This document shows, in pieces, positions 8,372 through 17,975 of a stretch of DNA of 64,000 nt. Both the position numbers and the translations under genes were made by a program. The DNA comes from an uncultured Bacillales bacterium (GTDB lineage Bacteria; Bacillota_I; Bacilli_A; RFN20; CAG-826): positions 4,084 to 68,083 of the forward strand of contig CAMPCW010000001.1 of NCBI GenBank assembly GCA_946647665.1. Reading direction: 5' to 3'. Under the pieces are notes generated by a model, which searched no databases, was not told where the DNA came from, and saw only the letters and a program-made list of their open reading frames with translations. The stretch's first letter is position 1, and each line of letters starts with the position of its first letter.

Positions 8372-9442
8372 ATCTAATAGAGATTTATCAGTTAACAAAT
8401 TATCTAACTGGGCCTTGTTATTAATGACAAGGTCTTTTGTTTTCTTATAGTAGATATTTATGATGTGATCTTCATAACTTTTTTCTTTGTTGTAGTCGAC
8501 TTTTTGCTTATCTAAAGTCTCTTCAATTAAACTCATCATCAATCTTCTTAAATATAAATAGAAGCTAGATTCTAACCAGTATAAAAATGTTGTGGACTTC
8601 GAGTGTTTCTCGCTTTTTTTGAATTTCAAAAATAGTTCTAATCCATCTTCTGGAGAGTGCCATAAATCTATAAAAGCATAGTCGCTTTTTAAATCTTTAT
8701 TTAAATAATTAAGAGCATCATCTTTAATAATTTCAATTTTATTTTTATTTGGGAAATAATCTAAAAGATTATCATTAAATAATTTGATGATTATAGGATC
8801 ATTTTCAATTACTTTAATAGAAGTGACTTCTTTTTTATTTGAAATCATAAATGGAAGATAGCCTAATCCTAGACCAAAGACTATAACTTTGCCTTTAATC
8901 TTCTTAATTGAATTTTCCATAGTTTCAATCTCATTAGGTGTGATATTCATCCAAGTCACCCCTTGGTAATTTAGGGCTAAAAATGGGAATTTTTCTTTAA
9001 AATAGCCTAAGAAATTAATTTCTATATAGTCAACTTGACTCATATCTTTATATGCAAATATTTCATAAGGTTCGTAGTGGTCCCAAACAAGTTCATATTT
9101 TCCAAGTTTAATAGGATTAGCTTTAACTAGCCTATAGTAGTCGTTATTTAAATATTTGGAAGTCTCTAATTCGTGAATTGAACCTTCAATATATTTTTTA
9201 AAGATTTCTTCATTATCTTCGATAGATAAATCAATATCTAAATAGTCACTAATTTTAGAAAGAAACACTTCGTGTTTATCGCTATTAAATCTTTCGCTTA
9301 ATAAGTTAATTTCTTTACTATTAGTAATTTCTAAATTAGAAAAGATATTTCCTAATAAATCAGAAATAGAGAGATTAAGTTCATGCTTATCTAGCAATTC
9401 GCTTAGATAATTATTAAGTTCAGGGCTAGAGACAAATTTCAT
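8354..9442 (-). CDS. Hypothetical protein with a class I SAM-methyltransferase/spermidine-synthase-like Rossmann core
   Basis: 362 aa. The central segment VIVFGLGLGYLPF...VIENDP...IDLW resembles the GxGxG / acidic-loop pattern of aminopropyltransferases and methyltransferases. The N-terminal and C-terminal extensions have no recognisable family. Confidence 0.65.
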   Translation of the reverse strand: MKFVSSPELNNYLSELLDKHELNLSISDLLGNIFSNLEITNSKEINLLSERFNSDKHEVFLSKISDYLDIDLSIEDNEEIFKKYIEGSIHELETSKYLNNDYYRLVKANPIKLGKYELVWDHYEPYEIFAYKDMSQVDYIEINFLGYFKEKFPFLALNYQGVTWMNITPNEIETMENSIKKIKGKVIVFGLGLGYLPFMISNKKEVTSIKVIENDPIIIKLFNDNLLDYFPNKNKIEIIKDDALNYLNKDLKSDYAFIDLWHSPEDGLELFLKFKKSEKHSKSTTFLYWLESSFYLYLRRLMMSLIEETLDKQKVDYNKEKSYEDHIINIYYKKTKDLVINNKAQLDNLLTDKSLLDLLLDD

Positions 9443-9484
9443 ATAAACATTCTATATTTTTATTTCTATTTTTCAAAATTATTG

Positions 9485-9490
9485 TATAAT
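9485..9490 (+). promoter_or_regulatory. -10 box TATAAT (TTGTATAAT) placed 10 nt before the ATG at 9501 (leaderless candidate)
   Basis: No Shine-Dalgarno sequence is present. Confidence 0.35.
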
Positions 9491-9500
9491 TTTAGCAATT

Positions 9501-10550
9501 ATGGCGACAAGAAAAGGCTTATGTCCATATTGCATAACTCATAGAGTGGACCGTCGTATCTTCCCAGTTAATCCTGAAGCTTCGACTTGTTTTTGTCCAA
9601 TCTGTATGAAAGAAGTGGAACCAAAAGTGGCGATTGATGGTTACACTGAATTAATTAACAACATGCTTTTAAAAGCAGATAATACTTTATTTGTTACTTG
9701 TGACCCTGTTCTTGCTTATTCCCAATACGCTGAAGTTATTGAACTCGAAGCTAAAGAAGCTCACGCTCTTCTTGGTAGAATTCTTTGCCTTATTTATATG
9801 GGCAAAGTTCGTAAATCCTATTTAGCGGAAGCCTATACTTTATTAGAAAATACCCCTTATGAGGGTTGTAATATTGATGACTTTATCTTTTTCTTAAAGA
9901 AGATCAATTTCGCTTTGGATGAATATGATTCCTCACTTCAAAAGAAGTTAACATTTAAATCATATTTTTATGATTTTGATTGTTTGAAACTATATTGGTC
10001 ACATCTTCATGATGTCGTTAAGATGAAAGAATTAATTCTTTCAATTATTAAAAGCATTAAAAAGAGTTATAAGTCTAGTCAAGTAGAAGTTATCGTCAAT
10101 ATGCTCGAGCATAATATCGAAAAGAAAAAGAAAACTCTTCATACCGATACTTATGTTTGTGATGGCACTCCTTATCATTATGTTAAGACGATTAACGGCA
10201 ATACTGTTATTGATAAATCCACCAAAAGAAAGACCAACACTCACTTAAATCGCTACCGTTTGTCTTCTTTAGATATCAATGAGAAACATAAACGTTATAT
10301 CAAAGATGAAATCTTTAAAGACTATACTAGAGTAGTGGTGTCTCAAAAGGTGGCTTTAGTCTTCTCAATTATTTTCTACCTTATTATGGGTGGAGGAATT
10401 GCTGCTACAATCTTATTTAAAGATCAAGCAATCTTCTTCTATTTGTTCTTAGGCGGTAGCATTTTATTCTTTATTACCGCGACAATCTTATTTATTTTAA
10501 GCATTTCTTGGAAGCTAACCTTAAAGAAAAGAAAACTACGTATCGTTTAA
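9501..10550 (+). CDS. Hypothetical membrane-anchored protein with an N-terminal zinc ribbon, an alpha-helical middle region and two C-terminal TM helices
   Basis: 349 aa. The zinc ribbon reads CPYC...CFCPIC. Confidence 0.65.
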   Translation: MATRKGLCPYCITHRVDRRIFPVNPEASTCFCPICMKEVEPKVAIDGYTELINNMLLKADNTLFVTCDPVLAYSQYAEVIELEAKEAHALLGRILCLIYMGKVRKSYLAEAYTLLENTPYEGCNIDDFIFFLKKINFALDEYDSSLQKKLTFKSYFYDFDCLKLYWSHLHDVVKMKELILSIIKSIKKSYKSSQVEVIVNMLEHNIEKKKKTLHTDTYVCDGTPYHYVKTINGNTVIDKSTKRKTNTHLNRYRLSSLDINEKHKRYIKDEIFKDYTRVVVSQKVALVFSIIFYLIMGGGIAATILFKDQAIFFYLFLGGSILFFITATILFILSISWKLTLKKRKLRIV

Positions 10551-10560
10551 GATGCGTAGT
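10535..10560. terminator. Bidirectional hairpin shared by convergent genes
   Basis: ACTACGTATC-GTTTAA-GATGCGTAGT, 10 bp with one G-U pair, followed by TATTTATCTTT. Both convergent genes end inside the stem. Confidence 0.45.
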
Positions 10561-11146
10561 TATTTATCTTTAGATAAGTTAGTAGTTTCTTTAGAGCTTT
10601 ACCGCGGTGAGAGACCCGGTTTTTTTCTTCTTCGCTTAATGAAGCATAGCTCTTATTAAGTTCGTCACATATGAATATAGGGTCGTAACCAAATCCTGTT
10701 GTCCCATCTGGTTCGTAGCCAATTCTTCCTGGAACTATTCCTTCAAAAAGAAGTGGCTTATTTTCAACATTAACAAGAACAATATCGCAGATAAATCTTG
10801 CAGAGCGGTCTTTATCTTTTAATTCTTTATCTAATTCTTTAAAGGCCTCCAAATGTCCTCCACATTCTTTGGCAAATCTAGCAGAGAATAGACCTGGCTT
10901 ATTGTTTAACGCTAAAACTTCTAATCCAGAATCATCGGCAATAATGGGCATTTTACTGACTTGTTGTAGGGCTTTAGCTTTAATTAATGCGTTTTCATAA
11001 TAGTTTTTGCCGTCTTCAATAACGTCACCAATATCAATATTTAAATCCTTCATCCCGTAGACTGTAATATGATGAGGAGATAAAATTTCTCTAATTTCTT
11101 TTAATTTGTGAGCGTTATTAGTGGCTACAAGTAGTTCGAAGTTCAT
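10547..11146 (-). CDS. rdgB: Non-canonical purine NTP pyrophosphatase (RdgB/HAM1, dITP/XTP pyrophosphatase)
   Basis: The N-terminus VATNNAHKLKE, the SARFA motif and the C-terminal HRG are all typical of the Ham1 family. Confidence 0.85.
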   Translation of the reverse strand: MNFELLVATNNAHKLKEIREILSPHHITVYGMKDLNIDIGDVIEDGKNYYENALIKAKALQQVSKMPIIADDSGLEVLALNNKPGLFSARFAKECGGHLEAFKELDKELKDKDRSARFICDIVLVNVENKPLLFEGIVPGRIGYEPDGTTGFGYDPIFICDELNKSYASLSEEEKNRVSHRGKALKKLLTYLKINNYAS

Positions 11147-11195
11147 ATATTTATATTTATATAAGGATAATAATATTGCAACTATTTTAAAAATT

Positions 11196-11222
11196 TTAGC
11201 ACTCTCTATTGACGAGTGCCAA
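11196..11222 (+). promoter_or_regulatory. CIRCE operator 1 (TTAGCACTC-N9-GAGTGCCAA), overlapping the -35
   Basis: Matches the HrcA operator consensus TTAGCACTC-N9-GAGTGCTAA at 8 of 9 plus 9 of 9 positions. Confidence 0.75.
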
Positions 11223-11236
11223 AAATAGACTATAAT
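11209..11236 (+). promoter_or_regulatory. Sigma-A promoter of clpB (TTGACG-16-TATAAT)
   Basis: Read directly from the sequence. The -35 lies inside CIRCE operator 1. Confidence 0.55.
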
Positions 11237-11240
11237 ATAA

Positions 11241-11267
11241 TTAGCACTTAAGCAAAGAGAGTGCTAA
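11241..11267 (+). promoter_or_regulatory. CIRCE operator 2 (TTAGCACTT-N9-GAGTGCTAA), between the -10 and the RBS
   Basis: Matches 8 of 9 plus 9 of 9 positions. It sits in the 5' leader immediately before the GGAGG at 11271. Confidence 0.75.
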
Positions 11268-11284
11268 AAAGGAGGTCACAAATT

Positions 11285-13402
11285 ATGAACAATATGCAAG
11301 GTATGGAAGATTATTCCCAAGATGAAAATATCTTAGAAAAATTTGGTCGTGATGTGACTAAAGCTGCCAGGGAAGGAAAAATTGATCCGGTCATTGGTAG
11401 AGATGAAGAAATTCATCAAATCATCGAAGTGTTAAGTAGAAAAAATAAAAATAACGTCATCTTAATTGGTGAACCAGGTGTTGGTAAAACCGCGATTATT
11501 GAAGGCTTAGCTTTAAGAATTGTTAAAGATGATGTCCCTACTAGTTTAAAAAATAAAATGATTTATGAACTGGATATGGGAGCGTTAGTTGCAGGAGCGA
11601 AATATCGAGGAGAATTTGAAGAAAGACTTAAAGCTGTTCTTAATAAAATTAAGAATTCTGAAGGTCAAATCATTCTCTTTATTGATGAAATCCATTTAAT
11701 TGTGGGCGCTGGTCAAACCGAAGGAGCGCTTGATGCTTCTAATATGCTTAAACCAATGCTTGCTAGAGGAGAAATCGATTGTATTGGTGCAACTACTTTA
11801 AAAGAGTATCGACTTTATATTGAAAAAGATCGAGCTCTAGAAAGAAGATTCCAACAAGTTTTAGTTAATGAACCATCTGTAGAAGATAGCATTTCTATTC
11901 TTCGTGGACTTAAAGAAAAATTCGAAACCCATCACGGAGTGAAAATTACTGATAATGCGATTGTCGCAGCAGTGTCTTTAAGTAATCGATATATCACTAG
12001 TAGATATCTACCAGATAAGGCTATCGACTTAATCGATCAAGCCTGTGCTTCAATTAGAGTGGAACTTGAATCTACCCCAATTGAGCTAGATGAACTAGGT
12101 AGAAAAATCAAACAATTAGAGATTGAAAAATACGCCCTAGAAAAAGAAAGCGATGAATCCTCTAAAAAGAGATTAGAAAAGATTAATTCTAATCTTGAAT
12201 CACTTAAAAAAGAACAAGAAGAGATGAACTCTAAGTGGCTTAAAGAAAAAGAAGCTAATCTTAAGATTAAAGAGCAAAAAACTGCTTTAGATAAATTAAG
12301 ATTTGATTTAGACAACGCTTTTTATAACGCTGATTATGAAAAGGCTTCTAAGCTTCAATATAAAGATATTCCTGAGTTAGAGAAAAAGATTAAGGAATTA
12401 GAAGAAGCAAATAAAGATAAAAAGATTCTTTCTGAAGTAGTGACAGAAGAAGAAATCGCAAAGATTGTCTCTAAGATTACTAACATTCCTTTAAGTAAAA
12501 TCTCTCAAGGTGAAAAAGAGAAAGTCATGCATCTAGAAGAGCAACTTAGAAAAAGAGTAATCGGTCAAGATGAAGCCCTTAAACTAGTAAGTGATGCGAT
12601 TATCCGTCAAAGAGCAGGGATTAAAGATCAAAATCGACCAATTGGATCATTTATGTTCTTAGGTCCTACAGGAGTTGGTAAAACTGAAGTGGCTAGAAGT
12701 CTAGCAGAGCTACTCTTTGATAGTGAAACTCATATGGTAAGAATCGATATGAGTGAATACATGGAGAAATATTCGACCTCTAGATTAATTGGTGCCCCAC
12801 CAGGATATGTGGGCTATGAAGAAGGCGGACAATTAACGGAAAAAGTGAGAAGAAATCCTTATTCTATCGTCTTATTCGATGAAATCGAAAAAGCACATCC
12901 TGAAGTATTTAATTTGTTACTTCAAATTCTTGATGACGGTCGATTAACTGACTCTCAAGGAAGAGTGGTCGATTTCAAAAATACGATTATCATTATGACA
13001 AGTAACCTCGGTAGTGAATATCTACTAAACGGCAAAAGAAAAGAAGTGGACACTTTAATTCATCAAACCTTCAAACCAGAATTCTTAAACCGTATTGATG
13101 AAATTATCTACTTCAATCCACTTACTAAAGATAATCAATATAAGATTGTGGAGAAACTCTTAAATGTTCTTAATAACCGATTAAAGGAAAACTATTATTC
13201 CTTTGAATTCTCCGATAAGGTCAAACAATATATCTTAGATAGTGCGTACTCTCCAACCTTTGGAGCTAGACCTTTAAAGAGATTTATTCAAAATAATGTC
13301 GAGACTTTAATTGCTAAAGAAATTATTCAGGGCAATATCTCTACTAAATACAAGTACTTACTCGATTATGTAGATGATAAACTTGTCATTTCTAAGATGT
13401 AA
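11285..13402 (+). CDS. clpB: ClpB chaperone (AAA+ disaggregase), short form lacking the N-terminal domain
   Basis: Two Walker A boxes (GEPGVGKT and GPTGVGKT) and a long coiled-coil M-domain between the AAA modules. Starting at the ATG at 11285 (GGAGG lies 9 nt upstream) gives about 706 aa; the track ORF begins at a GTG at 11261. Confidence 0.9.
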   Translation: MNNMQGMEDYSQDENILEKFGRDVTKAAREGKIDPVIGRDEEIHQIIEVLSRKNKNNVILIGEPGVGKTAIIEGLALRIVKDDVPTSLKNKMIYELDMGALVAGAKYRGEFEERLKAVLNKIKNSEGQIILFIDEIHLIVGAGQTEGALDASNMLKPMLARGEIDCIGATTLKEYRLYIEKDRALERRFQQVLVNEPSVEDSISILRGLKEKFETHHGVKITDNAIVAAVSLSNRYITSRYLPDKAIDLIDQACASIRVELESTPIELDELGRKIKQLEIEKYALEKESDESSKKRLEKINSNLESLKKEQEEMNSKWLKEKEANLKIKEQKTALDKLRFDLDNAFYNADYEKASKLQYKDIPELEKKIKELEEANKDKKILSEVVTEEEIAKIVSKITNIPLSKISQGEKEKVMHLEEQLRKRVIGQDEALKLVSDAIIRQRAGIKDQNRPIGSFMFLGPTGVGKTEVARSLAELLFDSETHMVRIDMSEYMEKYSTSRLIGAPPGYVGYEEGGQLTEKVRRNPYSIVLFDEIEKAHPEVFNLLLQILDDGRLTDSQGRVVDFKNTIIIMTSNLGSEYLLNGKRKEVDTLIHQTFKPEFLNRIDEIIYFNPLTKDNQYKIVEKLLNVLNNRLKENYYSFEFSDKVKQYILDSAYSPTFGARPLKRFIQNNVETLIAKEIIQGNISTKYKYLLDYVDDKLVISKM

Positions 13403-13407
13403 GTTTA

Positions 13408-13437
13408 AGGTGGTGATTAAAATCATCACCTTTTTTC
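13408..13437 (+). terminator. Rho-independent terminator after clpB
   Basis: AGGTGGTGAT-TAAA-ATCATCACCT followed by TTTTTT. Confidence 0.6.
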
Positions 13438-13448
13438 TTATATTGGTC

Positions 13449-13454
13449 TATAAT
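13449..13454 (+). promoter_or_regulatory. -10 box TATAAT placed 7 nt before the ATG at 13462 (leaderless candidate)
   Basis: No Shine-Dalgarno sequence is present. Confidence 0.4.
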
Positions 13455-13461
13455 ATCTCAC

Positions 13462-14175
13462 ATGTATAAAGAAAAGTTTGTTGTTAAAAAAGATGAAGTC
13501 GACGCATTTGGAGAGATTAGAATCTCTAAATTGATGTGGCATATGCAAAATGTCGCTGAGAGTCACGCAAAAAAGCTAAAGATCGATCGTGATGTATTAA
13601 TGAAAGACAATAATATTTGGGTTGTCGTTCGTTATGATATGGTGATTAATCGACTTCCTAAGCTAAAAGAAAAATATATTATTTCTACTCATCCAGGAGA
13701 AACTAAAGGTTTTATGTTTCCTAGATTTTTCCAAGTTTATGATAAACATGGTAACCTTTTAGTGAATATTTCCTCAACTTGGGTAGTGGTGAATTTTAAC
13801 ACTAGAAGAATTATTCTTCGTCCCTTTAAAGATGCGTCTTTCACTACTAAAAGTGAATCTTTTGATTTAGATATGCCGCTTAAAATAAATGAGGAAGCTA
13901 ATTATTTAGTAGAAAAACGTTCAACTAAAGAAAGTGAATTAGATATGAATATTCATATCAACAATACTTTCTATTATGATTATATTTTAAACACTCATGA
14001 TGAGGCGTTTTATATAGATAACAAAGTTAAAAGAATTTTATTAAATTACGAAAAAGAAATCACTCATCCAAGTGAAATAGAAATATATTCCAATAAAAAT
14101 AATCCAGAAGTGATTATTGGCAAAGTTGACGGAAATGTCTCTTTTTTGTCAAAGGTTGAGTTCACAAAAAGATAA
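13462..14175 (+). CDS. Acyl-ACP thioesterase (FatA/FatB-like, hotdog fold)
   Basis: 237 aa. The segment NIWVVVRYDM and a second hotdog half are typical of the acyl-ACP thioesterase family. Confidence 0.75.
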   Translation: MYKEKFVVKKDEVDAFGEIRISKLMWHMQNVAESHAKKLKIDRDVLMKDNNIWVVVRYDMVINRLPKLKEKYIISTHPGETKGFMFPRFFQVYDKHGNLLVNISSTWVVVNFNTRRIILRPFKDASFTTKSESFDLDMPLKINEEANYLVEKRSTKESELDMNIHINNTFYYDYILNTHDEAFYIDNKVKRILLNYEKEITHPSEIEIYSNKNNPEVIIGKVDGNVSFLSKVEFTKR

Positions 14176-14233
14176 ACAATTCTATTCAATATTGCATGAA
14201 TCTATTATTATAATAAATAGAAAGACTTAATAT

Positions 14234-15643
14234 ATGAAAACCGTTATCCGAATTTTCAATTTCTTAATTCTCGGTATTTCAGGACTAGCAATTGCCCTTC
14301 TTTTTGTTAATTCAACATTCTCATTTAATTCACGATTATCTTTTGACACTGTCTTTATCGAGAAATATTTTAATAACATTGCAGATCAAATTAATAACTC
14401 CATCCCTGCAACTGAAACAGACCCAATTTTAAAAGAACCTTATATTGGTGAGATTGATTTTGCCCATGTTTTAGGTGTTGATCACATTAATTTATCTATT
14501 AAGTTTGATATTAGCTTTACTGAGGCTAATACCTTGATGGGTAAACAAGACAAGGATTTAATTAACCAAGAACTCATCGAAGGTAATGTCAGTGAATTTT
14601 TTACTGATTTACATGAACCTGTTGAAATTTTAACTGAATACACAGTGAGAACTGTTTTAAGAGGTATTGCTAAAAAAGAAGTTTATAAACAAATCGTTAA
14701 AGCTCTTGATGATAACCCTCACGCTACTAGCAGTGCAACCGACATCATGGAAGAAGTTGGTATGAATGAAAACTACTTTAGAGGATTTGCCAAAGCTTTA
14801 TATGATGCTGCTAATAAACCAGATGATCCTGAACATGCTTCTATTGATGATGGCTGTTCAATTGATTCCTTTGTTGATGTTATCTTTGAAAGATTAAAAA
14901 CATCTCTTGCTGAAGCTGGTGCGGCTACCGGAGGAGAAGTTAGCGAAGATTCTTTAACTCCCGAAATGAAAGAAGAAATAAAAAACGGCTTTATTAACAT
15001 CATTAATCAAGCTGGTTTAATTAAAGAGGACGGACAAACTTTTATTAGAGTTAGTCAAGTTTCTTATGTTTTCTTAGCAAAACTTCTAAAAGAAGAATTA
15101 GCCAGTTCTTCTACGATCGATCCAAGTGAATTAGACCAAAAAGCCACAGAGACAAAAGCTCAATACGCTGAAAGATTATCTAAGCTTTATGTTGAAACTG
15201 TCCTTCCTGATGCTTTCTATCAAATCGTTGGTTATGTTAGCTTAGGTTTATTTATTGCTGTTATCGTCTTTGCAGCGATTTGGGGAATATTATTCATAAT
15301 TACTTTAGCGAGAACATTTTCTAGAGAAAAGCCTTGGACAATATTTGGCCCATGGTTCTGGATTATTGGCTCTTTACAAGTTGTTCTTGGCTTAGGCTTA
15401 ACAATATTCGCTAAGTTCTATCTTCCAGGTTTGCCTGTTATTCAAAGAGCTTTAGTTGGTGCTCCAGTAAAAAGTTTTGCAATTGCTCCTAGAACCTCTT
15501 GCTTAATTCCTTCAATGATTTTCTTAGGAATGATAGTATTTGCTATTGTTTATACAATCATCGCCCACTCAACAAAGAAGGAATATAAAAAGAATCGTCT
15601 AAATAAAATGCATAAGCCAAAGGAGGTAATTATCAATGAATAA
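14234..15643 (+). CDS. Hypothetical membrane protein with an N-terminal TM helix, a large acidic extracytoplasmic domain and a four-helix C-terminal TM bundle
   Basis: 469 aa. It has no recognisable family. The stop overlaps the start of the next gene. Confidence 0.7.
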   Translation: MKTVIRIFNFLILGISGLAIALLFVNSTFSFNSRLSFDTVFIEKYFNNIADQINNSIPATETDPILKEPYIGEIDFAHVLGVDHINLSIKFDISFTEANTLMGKQDKDLINQELIEGNVSEFFTDLHEPVEILTEYTVRTVLRGIAKKEVYKQIVKALDDNPHATSSATDIMEEVGMNENYFRGFAKALYDAANKPDDPEHASIDDGCSIDSFVDVIFERLKTSLAEAGAATGGEVSEDSLTPEMKEEIKNGFINIINQAGLIKEDGQTFIRVSQVSYVFLAKLLKEELASSSTIDPSELDQKATETKAQYAERLSKLYVETVLPDAFYQIVGYVSLGLFIAVIVFAAIWGILFIITLARTFSREKPWTIFGPWFWIIGSLQVVLGLGLTIFAKFYLPGLPVIQRALVGAPVKSFAIAPRTSCLIPSMIFLGMIVFAIVYTIIAHSTKKEYKKNRLNKMHKPKEVIINE

Positions 15644-16967
15644 GAAAATGTTACTTTCTGTTTTGCTTTTAAGTGGTACGTTAGCTTTATCTAGCTGTGC
15701 ATTATTTAATGATGATGACATTATGGAGCCAAATATCTATAACCCAGAATATGATGAAGAGGAAGAGATTCCTTCTGGTTCAGTAGTTGCTGGTGGAGTT
15801 GTTGGTAAAGAAGATACAGAGCTTCATTCTTTGGTTTTTAAAAACTTATCTTATGGTACTTATAATCAAGCTACTGATACCTATACTATTGCTAATACAT
15901 ATAAAGAAGGTGGTTCTCATCATATGGGCTATCACATTAATAATGATCAAGATTATCCTAATGCGACAAGCTCAAATAATAACTATGACTTATATGTTCC
16001 TACTTCTGCTTCTAGAACTGGTAAACACACAGTCATCTTATTTATCCATGGTGGAGCATGGGTCTCAGGATTTAAAACTGATGTTAATCCATATATCCAC
16101 GAATTTGCTAAAAAAGGATATGTCACTGCGACTATTAAATACACTTTGTTAAGTAGAGCGATGGACGATTCTTCTTTATCAATCTTCCGTAATTTAGATG
16201 AAATTGATGCTTGCATCAAATCAATTAAATCTATTTTAACTAGCCTAGAATTTGATACTTCTAAATCTGAACTTGTTATTGGTGGAGCCTCTTCAGGAGC
16301 GCACTTATCAATGTTATATGCTTATTCTCGTGGAAAAGAATCTGCCTTACCAATTAAATTTATTGTTGACGCTGTCGGTCCAGTTGATATTAAGCCAAAT
16401 ACATGGAAGGCATTTACTAACCCAACTGATGCCGTTTTAGATGCGGGGTTAGATAAAAATGCGATTGCCGCTCAAAATAGTAACTTAAGCGAATTAACCA
16501 TTGCTGGAGAAGGCGGCAAGAGATGGACTGATTATCAAACATTTAGAATTGCTAATGGAATGTGTGGGCTTCCATATACTTTAGAAGAAGTTAAAGCCGC
16601 TACTGATGAATCAGAGGATTATGTTACTAATTCAAATGCTTCTGCTTATGTCAATATGATTGCTAATGATGGTGGAGAAGATCAACTTTCTGTTACTTAC
16701 TGGATAAACAAGGCTGATGAAGCATCTAAATTCCCAATCATCTGCGCTTATGCTGGCAAAGATTCTATTGTTGGAATTAATCAGTACGCAACTTTACAAA
16801 CAGCTTTGGAAGCTAAAGGAATTACCTCTTATACTGCTGCTAGTGGAAAAAACTATATCTATTTCCGTAACAGTGAGCACCATGAGTTGACTCCTGAAAA
16901 AGACGCTGAACACTATAATGAACTTATTAATGCAGTTCATACCTGGTGTCAGGCAGATAGCATTTAA
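15636..16967 (+). CDS. Lipoprotein alpha/beta-hydrolase (esterase/lipase-like)
   Basis: Signal peptide with a lipobox (LALSSC), an HGGAW oxyanion motif and a GGASSGAH nucleophile elbow (GxSxG). The GGAGG RBS is 9 nt upstream. Confidence 0.8.
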   Translation: MNKKMLLSVLLLSGTLALSSCALFNDDDIMEPNIYNPEYDEEEEIPSGSVVAGGVVGKEDTELHSLVFKNLSYGTYNQATDTYTIANTYKEGGSHHMGYHINNDQDYPNATSSNNNYDLYVPTSASRTGKHTVILFIHGGAWVSGFKTDVNPYIHEFAKKGYVTATIKYTLLSRAMDDSSLSIFRNLDEIDACIKSIKSILTSLEFDTSKSELVIGGASSGAHLSMLYAYSRGKESALPIKFIVDAVGPVDIKPNTWKAFTNPTDAVLDAGLDKNAIAAQNSNLSELTIAGEGGKRWTDYQTFRIANGMCGLPYTLEEVKAATDESEDYVTNSNASAYVNMIANDGGEDQLSVTYWINKADEASKFPIICAYAGKDSIVGINQYATLQTALEAKGITSYTAASGKNYIYFRNSEHHELTPEKDAEHYNELINAVHTWCQADSI

Positions 16968-16978
16968 AGAAAGAGGAA

Positions 16979-17413
16979 ATGCTTATGCTTGAGATGCCTA
17001 ACGAAAGAATGGTTTGTGACTCTAGTAAAGGTGACGGCCATATAAATTTCTACGATGAATATTGTGAATGGATTAATCGTAGCACTGGAGAAGGGTTTAA
17101 AATCTTTTATAAAGATATTGATGACGTTAAGATTTTATATGGAATAAAAAAGACTGTCATTGTTTCATTAAAAAACGGCGAAAAGATTAATTTATATTTA
17201 TATAAAGCTGACACATTAAGAAAACTTCTCTATGACGCAGTACAAAGAGTGAATAAAAAAGTAATTGAAGAACCTTCTGTTGAAGTCGAGCCAGAACCAA
17301 AAATAGATAACTGCATTTCTGAGCTTGAAAGATTAGCTGCTTTACATGAAAAAGGTGCTCTAACAGACGAAGAGTTCGCTATAGCGAAAAAGAAAATACT
17401 TGGAATAAAATAA
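16979..17413 (+). CDS. SHOCT-domain protein (bPH-like N-terminus plus C-terminal SHOCT)
   Basis: The C-terminus ERLAALHEKGALTDEEFAIAKKKIL is the SHOCT signature. Confidence 0.6.
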   Translation: MLMLEMPNERMVCDSSKGDGHINFYDEYCEWINRSTGEGFKIFYKDIDDVKILYGIKKTVIVSLKNGEKINLYLYKADTLRKLLYDAVQRVNKKVIEEPSVEVEPEPKIDNCISELERLAALHEKGALTDEEFAIAKKKILGIK

Positions 17414-17436
17414 AACAGTGTTAGCACTGTTTTTTA
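17414..17436 (+). terminator. Rho-independent terminator (AACAGTG-TTAG-CACTGTT followed by TTTTT)
   Basis: A perfect 7 bp stem with a T-run. Confidence 0.6.
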
Positions 17437-17442
17437 GTCTTC

Positions 17443-17470
17443 TGGAGCAGGTGGCGGGAATCGAACCCGC
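17443..17470 (-). repeat. Partial duplicate of the tRNA-Gly 3' end (T-arm plus acceptor plus CCA): att-like direct repeat
   Basis: Identical to 17976-18003 at 27 of 28 nt. Upstream of it there is no D-arm or anticodon arm, so this is not a tRNA. Confidence 0.7.
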
Positions 17471-17520
17471 ATAACTTAAATAACCAAATTACTTCTATGC
17501 AAAAAATGCATAAAAGTTAA

Positions 17521-17712
17521 AATGAAGGCAATCCAAATTATAAGCCACCTGTCTATTACAACTTAGATGTAATATTTTCTGTTGATTATCGTGTCAAACC
17601 AAAACGCGGCATTGCTTTCAGAAAATGGGCCAACAAAGTATTAAAAGACAAATTGCGGGTATCTATAAAGAAGGAGAACTTGATAACTCAACAACCGAGG
17701 AATCTTCGGTAG
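17521..17712 (+). pseudogene. RhuM-family (virulence-associated) gene fragment 1
   Basis: Translates to ...YYNLDVIFSVDYRVKPKRGIAFRKWANKVLKDKL..., the conserved core of RhuM proteins. It is only about 63 codons between stop codons. Confidence 0.6.
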
Positions 17713-17723
17713 TTCAAGCATAA

Positions 17724-17900
17724 GGAAAAAGACAAGTCAAACGTAATGTAAATTTTTATAACTTGGATATGATTATTTCTGTTGGCTATCGAATAAGGTC
17801 AAAAAGAGGCATTCTTTTTAGAAAATGGGCCAACAAAGTATTAAAAGATTACTTAATCCAAGGATATGCAGTTAATCAAAAAAGAATCCAGATGAAATAA
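17724..17900 (+). pseudogene. RhuM-family gene fragment 2 (diverged tandem copy of fragment 1)
   Basis: Translates to ...NFYNLDMIISVGYRIRSKRGILFRKWANKVLKDYLIQGYAVNQKRI... It is about 70% identical to fragment 1 at the DNA level over roughly 90 nt. Confidence 0.6.
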
Positions 17901-17942
17901 AATCATTGTCAAACTAATTACAAACTTGCTACAGTAAAAAAG

Positions 17943-17969
17943 AAACAGACCTAAATGGTCTGTTTTTTT
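17943..17969 (+). terminator. Rho-independent terminator (AACAGACC-TAAAT-GGTCTGTT followed by TTTTTTT)
   Basis: An 8 bp stem with a T-run. Confidence 0.55.
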
Positions 17970-17975
17970 GTAATT

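Noticed and set aside
15787-16152. A 121 aa ORF in an alternative frame inside the lipoprotein esterase gene
   Set aside because: It is an extremely I/L-rich frame artefact of AT-rich DNA. It lies inside a gene with intact catalytic motifs and has no start-site signals.
17443-17470. Possible second tRNA-Gly gene
   Set aside because: Only the T-arm, 3' acceptor strand and CCA are present. The upstream sequence cannot form the D or anticodon arms. It is interpreted as an att-site duplicate instead.
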